A stretch of DNA of 64,000 nucleotides from Geosiphon pyriformis uo1. Lineage: Eukaryota; Fungi; Glomeromycota. Shown piece after piece: positions 13,593 through 27,151 of the stretch. A program made the translations under genes and the position numbers. The stretch spans positions 1,073,152 through 1,137,151 of the forward strand of contig JAAOMT010000697.1 of assembly GCA_016748015.1 (NCBI GenBank), given 5' to 3'. Numbering within the stretch: position 1 is the first letter of the stretch; each line of letters starts with the position of its first letter. Under the pieces are notes generated by a model. The model searched no databases and was not told the origin of the DNA. It saw only the letters and a program-made list of their open reading frames with translations.

Positions 13593-15329
13593 ATTAGTTT
13601 TTTATTAATATAAATTTTTTTTTAAAAAATATGGTTGTTTTTGGTTTTTTATTTAAAAAAATTTATTGAAAACTTATTTTTAATTAGTAAAAAATAGTTT
13701 GTTTTATCTAAATATAATTTAATTAAAAATTAAAAATTACAAAATAAAAAATATTATAAATTAAATATAATTTATATACTTTTATATATAATTAATTATT
13801 TAAATTTACATTAAAATATTTATTAACATTTTTTTATAAATATATTTACAAAAATAGTTTGTTTTTTTATAATATTATATATTAATTAATAACAATTTTA
13901 TTTGATAAATTATTTATTTTATTATTATTTTATGAGTGAAACCCAAATATTTTATTATTATATAAATTTTTTTTAGATAATTATGTTAATTTTATAATAA
14001 TTTAAATATAAAAAACTAAATTAATAAAATAATTTATATTAAACATAACAAATAATTTGAAAATAATTTTAATTAAATTAATAAAAATGCTTTTATAAAT
14101 AAAAACCAAATAATTTAAACTTTAATACTTGTAATAATACTAATATTTAAAAATATTTTTAAAGTGTTAATTTTAATTATAACAGCATTAAAATAATTTT
14201 AAAACTTAAAAATAATGATAATATATATATTATTTTTTAAAATACATATTATTTATTAATTTTAATATATATATTAATTCATATAGAGTAAATTGTTTAA
14301 ATATACATAATATTAATAAAAATTTTTATAAAAAAGTTTTAATACAATTTACATAATTATTTGTATTTTGATTTTATCAAATTTATTTAAATAAAATATA
14401 ACTTTAAATATTAAATCAAATCATCTAATTGAATGTTTGCTTATAGTTAATCAATACAAAATTTTAAAATGATTGAAATTGTCTAAATTTATTAACTATA
14501 TGTTTCTATTATAATACTTTATTAATGTTATGTATCTGATAATTAGGATATATTACAAGCTTCATAAAAAAATCTTATTTAGCATTTATAAGACTGTGTG
14601 ATTCTAAGAGGTTATTTTTAGTTATAGGCTCAAGATTCAATGATAAGGTTTTTAAAATAAAAGGGCATTAGAATTTTGCCAAATCACCCTTTGTTGATAG
14701 AAGATTAAACCCAAAATCGAATCGAGTTCAAAAAGGAAGAACCTTGAAGAGTGCTAACTACTAATGATTTTTGATGATTAATATCAAATAAAAGTCTAAA
14801 GATAAATCAGTAATGATAAAGAATGTCAATTGCATCAAAAGCCACAGTTTTGATATCATTGCCTCTTTAAATTCTCGCTGATTCGCCAAATGTTGCGACA
14901 AAAGCTATGAACTGGATAAAGCTGATTGAATTTTTCATTATTCGACGAGTTTTCTTTTCGGCCTGACTTTTTTTCATCTCCCGAAAATGATGTCAGAATA
15001 TTAATTATATATAATGTTAAATTTATACATGATTTTGTTGTATCTGTGACGTCAGTTATCTTCTATTTACCCAGTTCTTTGATTCAAGTAACCATTAATA
15101 TCAGTTTCTTGATGCTTTAATCATAGTCAAATCTATAGGAAACTATTTCAAAAGAATTTGTGCTTTATATATTAAAAGAGTGTTCACACAACGGATAATA
15201 TGATAGATAAAGAGAACAATCCTGTAATTGACTTTGTCCAAATCGATCCATGTCCATCCAATATTGTACACGAAGAAAGTTTGCTCCAGCCTAAACATTC
15301 CTTCCATTTTCTATCCAGGATATTAAAAA

Positions 15330-16157
15330 TCAATTTTTTTCAATGGCCGGATCAAACTTTTTGGCCGTATCGATATTCTTATTATGTCGATCAATAACTT
15401 CGGCACGATACACCTCAGCCACATCATCCCCCACAAATCTTTTTAAATTACGATAAACTCGTCTTGCCTGTTCATGTTCTGCAGAATTTATTTGTTGTGG
15501 CCTAACAATGGTCATGGAACGAAGTTTATGCAATGTGGCATACATGTGATATCGACGCAGCAATTCCATCGCCTTATCAATCTCTTCGGGTGTGACGATA
15601 GGTGTTGTTTCCTGTTCGTTGATAAGTTCTTCCGGGTCTTGTTCGTGTGCTGTTAGCGGGGATTCAAGTTGTTCAGTGTGATCCGGTTCTGGACTGTTTC
15701 GTGTCGATTCTAGGGTGTCTGCATTATTATTGTGATTGTTATTTTGATGATTGAGTGAATTTTGTGGAACGTTTCTTGGGGAAGGTGATGACGCGTTATT
15801 GTGATTCCTTTTAGGCCTAGTGGTAGAATATGGTGCGGAAGTTGCTCGGGTGAAGTAATTATGTCGTAGATTTTTAGAACGAGGCGATTGTCTAACACGA
15901 CGCGTTTCTGCTATTGGCATCTCATTCTTATTGCTTCCAGCCGCAAATTCGTCTTCTTCCTCTTCTTCCCCCTCAATACCATCTTCGCTTTGATTATTAG
16001 CATCAGACAAGTTTTCTTCTTGATAAGACCCCTCTTCCTCCATGCCATCCTCTCCCTCTACTTCATACTCACTTTCTTCTTTAATTTCAATTTCTCCTTG
16101 ATTTACTTTAGTTTCTTCACTATTATCGATGCCGTTTTTTAATTTTATAACATTCAT
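15330..16157 (-). CDS. Hypothetical protein, 275 aa: acidic, disordered N-terminus and helical C-terminal region
   Basis: Long ATG-initiated ORF with gene-like GC and retained CpG; no family recognised. Confidence 0.75.
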   Translation of the reverse strand: MNVIKLKNGIDNSEETKVNQGEIEIKEESEYEVEGEDGMEEEGSYQEENLSDANNQSEDGIEGEEEEEDEFAAGSNKNEMPIAETRRVRQSPRSKNLRHNYFTRATSAPYSTTRPKRNHNNASSPSPRNVPQNSLNHQNNNHNNNADTLESTRNSPEPDHTEQLESPLTAHEQDPEELINEQETTPIVTPEEIDKAMELLRRYHMYATLHKLRSMTIVRPQQINSAEHEQARRVYRNLKRFVGDDVAEVYRAEVIDRHNKNIDTAKKFDPAIEKN

Positions 16158-16365
16158 AATTGGTTGACCACGGACCGAAATTCACTTTTCTAAAAGGTCA
16201 TTAATCGATTTTAAGAAACTGAAAGATCATTCTTATTCATGTATTGTCTCTCTTTTACCCAATGAAAAATAACTCTGGGTGATACTAAAGGTTACAATGG
16301 ACGCAGTTAATATCCTTAAAATTGGAATGAAGTTGAGTAAATTAAAATAAAATATTTAGATAATA

Positions 16366-16447
16366 TGAGGAGGGTGGGATTCGAACCCACGCCTCCGAAG
16401 AGACCACGGCCTTAACGTGGCGCCTTAGACCGCTCGGCCACCTCCCC
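16366..16447 (-). tRNA. tRNA-Leu (anticodon AAG)
   Basis: Minus strand: GGGGAGG/CCTCCTC acceptor stem, TGGCCGAGCGGTCTAAGG D arm, CCACG-TTAAGGC-CGTGG anticodon arm, long variable arm, GTGGG-TTCGAAT-CCCAC T arm. Confidence 0.98.
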
Positions 16448-16622
16448 ATTTCTAACTAAGGGGACGCAAATTTTTTGTTTACTAATTCAACCATATTCCC
16501 GGTTGAGTAATGACGCGCCACGACAAATATGGTTATTTGATTTTGCGATTGTGAATTAAAATTCTTTGATCTAATAGACCTTTCCTTTGAACAGAACGCT
16601 TACAAATATCTCAAAACGAGCC

Positions 16623-17082
16623 ATGCACCCAACGCTAGCGCCTCACCAACATGGAGGTAAGCTACTCTTCAACATGTTACTATATTAGTCACAAAAATAC
16701 GTGTTTTTAAAAATTCATTTCATAGCAACCTGTGTTGAAATCATTCGACGCTTTGAGGAGTGTCATCAAATCGGTTTCTTTCATCGCATTTTTGGTGGAT
16801 GTAATAGCCTCAAGCTTGAATTGAACGATTGTCTTAGTGCAGAGGTAAAATAATTTGGGGTTCCAATGATAGGTACAATTTTCTTTCCCAAACTTGGTTT
16901 CGACTATATACACAATCTTTATTAGAAAAATCAATTCCAGCAGAGATTTTTATATATACTGAAATCCAAGTATTTATCTAAATTTCAAGTTTGAACAGAG
17001 ACGGCGACATAATGCCAAAATTGCCAGAGAGAAACGAAAAAAGTTTGAGGAACTATGGAAAGAATTGGAAACGGATAAGTAA
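16623..17082 (+). CDS. CMC2: Twin-CX9C COX assembly mitochondrial protein, 81 aa; exons 16623-16656, 16726-16844, 16990-17082 (absent from the ORF track)
   Basis: MHPTLAPHQHGATCVEIIRRFEECHQIGFFHRIFGGCNSLKLELNDCLSAEFEQRRRHNAK...; MHP-x-L start, two CX9C motifs, GT-AG introns. Confidence 0.9.
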
Positions 17083-17660
17083 CATAGGAATCTTTATTAT
17101 CATGATGGATTATTATACCTGAAGCTTTCCGAAAACGAATAACATTCAAAGTTCTGACCTTTGCTTGCTTAACTTTATCCTACAAAATCGTGGCTTTAAT
17201 AGAGTAGCCTAAAAATAGCAAAAATGCTTCCAAGATCAATAGGCCAATCGGCTCTCAGGAGACATGCTTTACAATTTCCAATTATCATAGCCCCCCTCTA
17301 TTTTAGTAAAATCTTGGGTCATGAAATTCTCGAATCCTTCACAGAAATAAAATATCAAGTGAATTTGGAATTTTCGATTGATTCTTCAATAAATACTGCT
17401 CAGGTCATTGATTTGATGAGAATATATTTATCGTCTATGACCAAATTTTTGACGTTAAAATATCAAGAAATTTCTCAATTCACACTCCACTAAATAATAT
17501 GGTCCACAAGGATGATAAAACTCCAACTGATTTATTGAAATCGTTCATGGAAAACCAAAACACCAAAAAAGACATCAAACTAAAGCTTCATACGTGCTCC
17601 CGTTTAGCATTGCGTCAGATCAATGAAGCTTCATGGTGATACTCCTAAATTGAAGGCGAA

Positions 17661-18265
17661 TTAGGAGTAATATAATTCAAGATTCATACCATCGTGAATT
17701 TCGTCTTCAAAGTTGAAGATTGGTTTGTATAGAAAATAAATTAGTTAATAAAGGTTAAATTTTGAGTGCAGACTTACAAAAAAAAAAAAAAGGAAAAGGA
17801 AAAGGTATAATTACAATCATCCAATGTGATGTGATCCTTATATATGGTATACCTAGATTTTATCATAATCAAATTTATGAAAGAAACGTCAGAAAGGTTT
17901 AATAAGAGTATAACCCAGATTATAAAAGGTAAACATCAATCCCAGGAAGAAAATAAAAACGGTATAGCCCTTCTAGTGATTATTTGACATACCATTTCTT
18001 GAGAATAATCTTTTGAGGATTCGTACCAGTCTGTGCTGCAATCAATTTTTTCAAATCACCAACCGTGTCCTCTGGACTAGGAAAAACAAGTGAGTTTGCG
18101 TTATATTTGTGATTAACTTTTCTGCTTTAACACAATTTAACCAAGTAGATTTTCAAATTATTTGCTTTTCGAGTCTTGGGAAATAGAAAAATTAAATTTC
18201 GGTTTTTACCTGCATTTGACACGAACTTTTTTACCCAAACGATCGTTACAAACTATCTCAATCAT
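17661..18265 (-). CDS. HUB1: Ubiquitin-like protein Hub1/UBL5, 73 aa; exons 18265-18210, 18076-17993, 17852-17815, 17704-17661 (absent from the ORF track)
   Basis: [73 protein letters not shown], with the diagnostic C-terminal di-tyrosine. Confidence 0.97.
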
Positions 18266-19160
18266 TAGGTCTCAAGTTCAAAAAACAGTGAAGGGAAGGG
18301 AAGGGAAGGGAAGGGTATAAAAGGAAGTTTGAACAAAAGTGGGAGTCAATTTAGCAAATGTTGAAACTTTTACGCATCTGACATGGCTTTATGTTTAACC
18401 GAAATTGTGGCACAGTTTGAGTTGACAAAATGATTGGCAAGTCAAAATTTCATTTTTTCAAGTAATTATTTTTAATATTATTAACTTTTATAAACAAATA
18501 AATTTTTAAATTAATAAAATTTATTCTTAAAAAATAATTTAGATAAAAAATTGAATAATAATTTTTCAACTGCGTGTTAAAAATGCAATTAAATTAATTG
18601 ATAAAACAAAAAAATTTTTTAAATTTTTATAATATTTTTCAATTATATTATTAACTTTTAGATATATTATTAAATTTTTTTACTTTTATCAAATTTTACA
18701 ATATTTTAATGTAATTTTTTTTATTAATTAACATTTATATATATACAATTATTTTTATTAAAAGATTTTTTTATTTTTAATAATAAAAATACTGGTTTTT
18801 AAATTTTACTATTAATATTTTTTGTCTGTATTAGTACAAATTACGCCGCATATTTGACGTGACTTAGGCTTTTTCTATACACGATCAGCCATTCTTGATT
18901 ATATTTTTGTAATATACTTTTTTAATTTAATTATGTTTTTTTAAATATATTTAAATAAATTTTTAATATATAAAAAATTTTATATTTGAATTAAAATAAT
19001 TAAAGTAAAAATAAATAAATAAATCAAATTATAAAAAATAAATCAAAAAATTATAATTAATTTTCAATAATAATAATAATAATTTAATATATTATTAAAA
19101 AGTTATTAAAAAGTTATTAAAAAAATAATTTATTTGGTATTATAATTTTTTTTCTAATTA

Positions 19161-19195
<35 letters not shown>

Positions 19196-19504
19196 ATATA
19201 TATTTTTCTTAATAATTGCCTGTTTTTGTATAAAAATTAATATATATTGTAAGATTACACAAACATAAATTAATTAAAATATTTTGACTAAAATTATTTT
19301 TGGTTACGTGAAATAATAATTAAGAGTCAATATTAAGCATATGTAGAACTAATATTTCGATGGGAATAAAGCTTTTATTTTGACACAAATAACATTAATT
19401 AGGAAACGCTTTATAGTTAATAGACTCTCAGACTCAAAAATAAAGGTAAGCTTCTTTTTTTAAAAAAAAAAGAAATGAATATCATAAATAAGGAATTGAT
19501 TCCT

Positions 19505-21203
19505 TCCTCATCTATTTTTACAGTTAAATATAAATTAAATAAATTAATAATATTATTAAAGTGCTAACTGATTTCATTTAATCAGAACTTGAATTTATCG
19601 ATTTTGTACATACTGTGCATTTAATATTATTACCAATAAAACGCTAAATCCAACTCTGAAAAACGTTTTTATATTAAAAAAAAATCTCAATAATTGTATA
19701 AAAATAAATGAAAAGCTTATTATTTGTAGAAAATGTAAGTTTTGAGATTAATTGGCTTCTATATCTTGTTGTATCTCGGGTAGTATCTTGGGTCTCTTCG
19801 GAATTAAGTCTTTTTTCACGTACAAGTTCGTTTAAGTTGCAATTATCATGAACGGCAATAAATTTTTCTTGAAGTTCTTCTGCAGTATCACGGCAATATA
19901 GATTCTGATCCCAATTATTTTCAATCATTTCGTGAATACATAGATATGTATGCTTATTGATTATCAGGCGCTTTCCCTGAACTATGTCTAATTGAATGTA
20001 CATACTATTTTCAACATCATTCCATGGTCTTTCTCATGAAATAATTTTCCAGGAAATGATGGCAAAACTATAAATATCGCTAGATTTGGTATGCTTGGAA
20101 TTAGATGACAAGTTACAAATTTCGGGGGCGCTAGACATAGAACAACACCATAAATTTTGCCAGACTATGGAGCGTTCAAGATCAGAAATGATAACTCTCA
20201 AGTGTGTTGTTTTCAAAACAAGGATATTTTCAGGATGTAAGTCCCAATGCACCAGTTTTAAATCATGTATAATCCTTAGGCCACTAGCAATTTGAAAAAA
20301 CCATTTCCCAAGTAAAAGTATCATCATTCACTTTGAGAAAAGCTCTGAGGTCCCCGTGTTCCGCAAATGGTAAAACCATAATAAATTCATTGGTTTTAAC
20401 ATCTTTGGTTATTCCATAGTATTCAAGTATATATATTTTGCAAGAGACACTTCTAAGATGCACAATAAACTATTTCAATGCATTTTTTAGTATAAGGGAA
20501 GAAATAGTTATAACAAAAATCACATAGATTTCTTTAAAGGAAATACCTCATCTGAATTAATATAGTTTATATATTTGCTACCTGTAAGACATTTTAAAGC
20601 AACTTTCTTAAACCCAGTTCGTTCATATTTTTGATTTTTCTTATGCCAAAATAGAATTCTGTCTCTATCCCATCTACTTTCTTTAACAATACAAAATCTT
20701 CTCATTCCCACCTTATCTAAAAATTCAATATCATCGGGAGATTTCAGAAATGTACTGTGTACTATTTATATATATATCAATATTTTTATTTCTACTAACC
20801 CATGCTTCCCCAGTCTTTAAAAATCGTGATGATTCACAAGAGTGACACCAAAGTAATCTGTGATGGCATTTCTGGACATTTCAGCAAGCGTGTAAAGATA
20901 TAATCACAAAATGGAATTCGGGCAAGCCAACTTCAAAGATATTATCACTTTCGTCCATTTCATCAGTATCACGTTCGTCAATATATTCATTTCTTTAGTA
21001 TCACGTTCATCGGGAGATCTACTGATGATGATTATACCCAAGTTGCCAGATTTAAGACATTTGAATTCATCTGAAAGCTGGTTAAAGAAAGCTTCCAAAT
21101 CTAAAAATTCACCCTTTTGAATTATAAATATCGAATTTGAAATTGCAAAAATTAGACGCTCCAGTTCATATTTATCATCATTCTCAAGGGCATTCAAATG
21201 CAT
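19505..21203 (-). pseudogene. Kinase-only paralog of the Sel1-kinase gene, frameshifted and lacking the Sel1 array
   Basis: Fragments GEFLDLEAFFNQLSDEFKC, KVALKCL..INSDE, VHWDLHPENIL, APEIC, SDIYSFAII and RDTAEELQ match the 30845 gene. The same intron is retained after NSDE; multiple frameshifts. Confidence 0.92.
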
Positions 21204-22475
21204 ATTCTAATTCTAAGGTTTCAGATGGTCTTTAATATCAATGATAATTTTTTAGTAACAAAAAGTTTATAATAATTTCCGTTAGCTCTAGATAAAATTA
21301 ATTTAATTAAAATAAATTATTTAGAAACTGCTTTATGAATTTTTGTTTTAAAAAAAATATTAATACTCGATATTACCTTGATTATGTGAATATAGGTTGA
21401 GTTAGGTAAAATCTATTTACAAAAGTTAATCACTGTAAGTCTTTGGATGAATTTTTTTTTGATTTAAAATCTAGTATAAAAATTTGATGTATTCAGGATT
21501 ACCTTTTTTATAAAGAATAAAAAACATTTTGGCTCTAATGAAACAACAATCAGTAAAAATTTATTCAAATAAATAAATAAATAAATAGATTATATTATTA
21601 TAACTTATAATGTAATTTTCATCAAGTTTATTAAATATTCAAGTTCTTAATATGGATAAAGTCTGAGAATGATTCGTTTCTGCTACCTCTTTTGTGATCT
21701 CTTATCTTGTCAGTGAAAACTCTGGAATTATAAAAAAGCTAAAATTTAAAATGAGAAAAGACGGAGGATTAAATGATTTTATAAAAAGAAGTTATTACAA
21801 AAATAAAATTTTATTAATACTGAAAATTATATTAAAAGATTCAGAACAAAATTTTCATAAATATATAAAAAAAAAAAAAACATTAAATATTATTTGTTTT
21901 AAAATAACCACTTCTTTTTTTTTAATTGATATGTGATATGTGATATATTTAAATAAATTATTAGAATAGACTAATTTATTTTTTATTTTTAAGTAAAATT
22001 TATCATATTGAAAATAATTTTTGTTCAAAATCATTTTAATTTCATAATTTCATATTATCTTATTAAAATTCTTTAAATTTAGGATAAAAATCTAACTAGA
22101 TATTTGAGAAATAAAGAGTTCAAAAAATTTTTATTATTGTTTATTAATAGTTTCAAAAAAAAGAGATGAAAATTAAATTTTGTAAAAAAGTTAATTTAGG
22201 GACAGTTCAATTTTGTAAAAGTTAATTTAAGGACAATTTTTTTACCACTAAAGTTTTCTCCTCACATTTTTCAAATTCAGTTTAGAACGATCTACGAAAA
22301 TTAGGTCCCGACCTATTACTTTGAAATTATTATCAACACACGACCATCTTTAAATTAAAAAGCGTCCCCAACAACATTTGATGAAAAAGATTCGTATAAA
22401 TATTTTGATTAAAACTTATTTTATTTGATCAAAAAATAAATACCAAAAAATTTCTTACCAATTTTCAGATCGAAT

Positions 22476-22478
<3 letters not shown>

Positions 22479-22524
<46 letters not shown>
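22479..22524. repeat. Poly(T) tract
   Basis: Seen directly. Confidence 0.95.
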
Positions 22525-22529
<5 letters not shown>

Positions 22530-22780
22530 TTGTTTAGTATTTTAATTTAAAAAATAAATATTTTTGATATTGATTTTGAAAAAAAATAAATTATTATTAT
22601 TATTATTATTATTTATACATAATGAAAATTGCTTTAATTTTCCAAATTAAATTTCAATTTCAGGTAACATATCATTTTACAATAGATATGACGTAAAGTA
22701 TACATTTTTTTTTTTTTTTCAAGCTATTTAAAATTATAGATTGAAAAATTATAATAGCTTAGAAAATTGATCATCTCGTG

Positions 22781-22920
22781 ATAATAATAATAACAATAAT
22801 AATAATAATAATAACAATAATAATAATAATAATAACAACAATAATAATAATAATAATAACAATAATAATAATAATAACAACAACAATAATAATAATAATA
22901 ATAATAATAATGATAATAAC
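22781..22920. repeat. (AAT/AAC)n microsatellite
   Basis: Seen directly; lies downstream of the 23053-24091 gene. Confidence 0.95.
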
Positions 22921-23052
22921 CAATTCACTTTATGAGGGTAATAAATGAATGGATGAAATGGAAATTTTTTTTCAAGATATATTTACAATGATATGTACGC
23001 TATTTATATTTCAAAGATTAATGTTGAGATTCAAAATCAAAAACTTCAATAA

Positions 23053-24091
23053 TCAAACATGGACTTGACTTTGAAAAGTAGCCGTGACAGATTTTCTACG
23101 AGCTCTGGCTAATTCTTGTTCTTCTAAACTTCGTCTTGGACCTTCATCTCGTAACTGTTTCATAGTTCCCGTGGACGCACGTTTATTTGAGATTTTTGAT
23201 TTGCCACGAAACAATGAGCCAAAGAAACTTCTACGATGATTACGAGAGATTGGCTCGTCATCAATATATTCTAAATCGGCTAACAAGGGATTATCAATCT
23301 CATCGTCGTCAATATCCCAGTGGTCGTCAAAAGATGTGGGAAGTGATGAGTCGTTAACTGATTCAGGAATGTCAAATGAATTTATCTGCTATAAGAACAA
23401 GATTGAAAAATTAGAATTTAAATTAACAACTAATAATCTATCAAATTATATGAATGTATGAGCAAAAATTCTAAAAGCTTACAAAATCTTTATTAAAAAT
23501 TGGTTCTTCCATAATTTTATCCCATGAGTCAAATGATGAGGTAAATTTTTTTATTATCATTGAATCGTTTTCTGTTTGAGGTGTTTCATTTTCCGTCTCA
23601 TCCAAAGTTTTCATTTCCACTTTATCCAAATAGGCAAATATTTCTTGTTCCAAGTCAGGATCAAGTCTGCTTCGTCGTTTAACAATATGATCAAGTTTAG
23701 GCTGTTGAGAATATTCCTTCCATTCAGGCTGATCCAAAATAAAGAAAGAAGGTTCACAAAAATCTTTTTCTTCTTCTTCTTGAAAATATTGGGTCCATTT
23801 ATGATCAAGTTCATGTTGATTAAATTGGGTTGAAATGAACTCGATCAATCCTGTAATAATTTCTCGTGGATCGTGAGCGTTGTCAATCGGATGCTCTTGA
23901 GTAAAATTAGATTTTTGATCTGTAAAGAAAGACTGATTTTGATAGTTTCCAAAACCCGTGAAATTGAACTGGCTAAGTGTGATGGGTTGATAACCAACAA
24001 ATGGTAGTTCATCTTCTGTTTCAAGTAACGAAACAGAGGAGAAATAAGGACGAGGGAAAACTTCAAATTGTGGTGAAAGAACAATAGACAT
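23053..24091 (-). CDS. Hypothetical acidic protein, about 314 aa; exons 24091-23483 and 23388-23053
   Basis: Two ORFs joined in frame by a GTAAGC...TAG intron; no family recognised. Confidence 0.75.
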
Positions 24092-24689
24092 TGCGATCGT
24101 AAGATTATGATATATATAAATATATATATATATTTTTTTTTAAAGATTGAAAATTATTTTATTTTGAGAGAATGTGAGAGAGTAAAAAATTTAAAGAATT
24201 TTTTTCATTAGAAAGGACAAAATAAACGTAAAAATAAACGTAAAACTTAAGTAAAAAGTTTTATTAAGAAAAAGAGGGTTCTTGAAAACGTAGAAACAGA
24301 TCCATAATAACAAGAATAATATCCCCAATGACAAAGTTAATATACAACATGCATTTTGTAACTAACACAAGAATAAAGTTTAAGCATATCGATACACACA
24401 TGTCGTGCAAAGTATTACCCGTTTCACCAATATCTATATCAGGATTGTCATCTTTTACGAAAAAGAAAAATAATGAGCCAGATATTAATTTTTAATTAAA
24501 TGGGATTATTTTTTTAAAATAAGATTTATCTTGTTTTTTTTTAACAATTTAAATCTGAAAGACTTTTAAATAGTTTTGTTGAACGATCGATGCAACAGAA
24601 GCAATAAAACTTTTTAATTTAGAATTCTAATTTTTCGGTTTAGAAATTTAAAATTCCAAAAATCTGTGAAATTGAAAATAAACAATTTT

Positions 24690-24724
<35 letters not shown>

Positions 24725-24726
24725 GA
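24690..24726. repeat. (GAAA)n microsatellite
   Basis: Seen directly. Confidence 0.9.
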
Positions 24727-25019
24727 AAGAAAGGGATATTATATTTAACATTAGGGATTTTTATCAAAAGTTTTTTCTAGTGACACACTCTATAATTTTA
24801 GTCACACAATCCAATCTAGTATGGTAAGATTTTTGTAGTACCACTTACTAAACATGTAATTATCCATTAAGAATTTTAGTAACCATAATTTGCGTTTTTT
24901 TTCTTATTTTAGGGGATGAAAAAGGTGAAGAAACTTCATTTTAACAAGTTTTTTTTCCTAAAAGTTTCAGGTACAAATTAAAATGAAGATACATATTTGA
25001 AACGATTCGTTGATGAAAC

Positions 25020-25020
<1 letters not shown>

Positions 25021-25055
<35 letters not shown>

Positions 25056-25119
25056 GTATTAGTATTATTATTATTATTATTATTATTAGTATTAGTATTA
25101 TTATTATTATTATTATTAT
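25021..25119. repeat. (TAT)n with TAG variants
   Basis: Seen directly. Confidence 0.9.
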
Positions 25120-25550
25120 TTAATATACTTTTATAAGGAAAAAATTGTAAAAGTTATTCAAAAAGAGTTTTTTTTTTTTTTGAATAATCTAGAGTACTAC
25201 ATGTATATATAATATTTTTGATTGGTTATTCTCCCCAAATTTGACCTCATGCATTCATGCATAATTAATTATTTTTCACTAAAAAAAAAAAATAGATTCG
25301 AGTAATTAAAAAAATTTTATCCCCAAATTATAACATAAATAATTTTTTGTTATTGTGTGTATATGTTTATAAATCAAAATAGAAAAATATTTTGATCATG
25401 ATTATAATTTATCAAAAATCTATCAACGTTTAATCTTTTTATTTTTCTCCCGATTTCCCCCCCCCCCCCAAATAAAAATCTTTATATTTTTTTATTTTTT
25501 TATTAAACAGACCATACGTCCTCATCATCATCTTTTAAAAACTTTCAAGG

Positions 25551-26950
25551 ATGGGTCATAAAAATCTTTTAAAGAATTTCCATTTTAGATTAGAATATAT
25601 TCGAAATTCAAGATCTTGTAACCACCAACACCAACACCAACACCAACACCAACACCAACACCAACACAACCACAACCACAACCACAACTACCACCACAAA
25701 AATTTTTATATTTTTTATTTCAAATATATTTTTATTAGTAGTATAATTTTTTTATTTTTATTTTTATTTTTATTTTACCACGTTACAATTTCAAATATTT
25801 TTCAAGAGATTCATAAACTGAATGAGCAACCTATATCAAAAAAATCAAATTTTCAAATTTTAACAGTTAATAACACGGAACTTGTTCGATTCAATACCTC
25901 GACAAATATTATATCAATACCAAAAATTGAGAAAAAAAATTTAACTAAAAGAATATTTATAAAGGCGGACAGATTTCTAGTATCTGATCCAGAAATATTA
26001 AAATTTCTTAAAGCGATGGCTGGCTATGCAAGAAAAGCATATTGTAGAAGAGCTGATATTGGATATATAAAAGAAAAACAATTTAATGGTAATAAAGTTC
26101 AATTACAGGCACGTATTAATCTAAAAGTTCAAATGTTGAAATTGAAAGTTTACAAAAAAAAATATATATATTTTTTTTCCACAGCTGGTTTAACACGAAA
26201 TCCGGATAATCCAAACAACATCATCGTCTATATAAAAGGCGCACAACTTAGAAATTCTCTCCACTATTATCGTCGAAATTTTTGTCTATATACGCTTTAC
26301 AGCGAACAAGATTCAGGACTCGTTAATCAGATTTGGTATAGAAATTTTAAAAAAAAGGAGAATTCTTTGTTGAATATGATTAAAAATTTTATAAAGGATA
26401 AAGATTCTTATTCGATTGACTTTACCGGACACGGTCTGGGTGGTGGTGAGTTTTTAATTTTAAAAAAATGTTGATTTTGAAAGTTTGAAATTTTTTTTTT
26501 TTTTTTTTGATTTGAATTGTGTAAACTATTTATTGAAATTATAAAATCTATTTCAGTCCACGTAATGTTTTTAGCATTAGCCTACCGAAAATTATACCCA
26601 AAAGTTCAAATAAGAGTAGTCACATTCGGTACACCCCGTCCGGGTGATCAAGATTTTGCAAATTATTTTTCAACCCAAATTCCGAAACTCTTTCGAGTCA
26701 CAAATTATGATGATTTTGCACCACATCTTCCTCCAGCGAGTGTAAGAAAATATCGACATCCCCATACAGAGTATTGGATTTCCCAATATAGAAAATGTGA
26801 TAACTGTGATGAGGATTTGCCACCACTTGTAAAATGTTTAAAACGTCCGAGAAAAGCATGGAATCTTCGATTCGACTATGTGGAAGAGAATCCTGTGAGT
26901 ATTAAATTTTAGAAAATCAGAAATTTTTTTTGATTTGAAACTATTTAAAT

Positions 26951-26985
<35 letters not shown>

Positions 26986-27151
26986 TTAGGATTGTAATGC
27001 AGGAAAATACAATTTATATGATAAAAGACCTAAATGGGTTCATATTGGTCCATATTTCGGAGTGACGATGAATTGTGATTATTATGTCGACCCTTCATGG
27101 TTAACACGAAAACACTATAACCAGAGACAAATATCTGAAGCTTTTAACTGA
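25551..27151 (+). CDS. Lipase class 3-like protein with N-terminal HQ repeat and transmembrane anchor; nucleophile Ser replaced by Gly. Exons 25551-26088, 26185-26445, 26557-26894, 26990-27151
   Basis: YARKAYC, IIVYIKG, FTGHGLGG, VTFGTPRPGDQDFANY, RVTNYDDFAPHLPP, HPHTEYW, HIGPYFG; GT-AG introns. Confidence 0.88.

Noticed and set aside
17224-17493. 89-aa ORF between CMC2 and HUB1
   Set aside because: No motif; lies in the probable convergent 3' UTRs.
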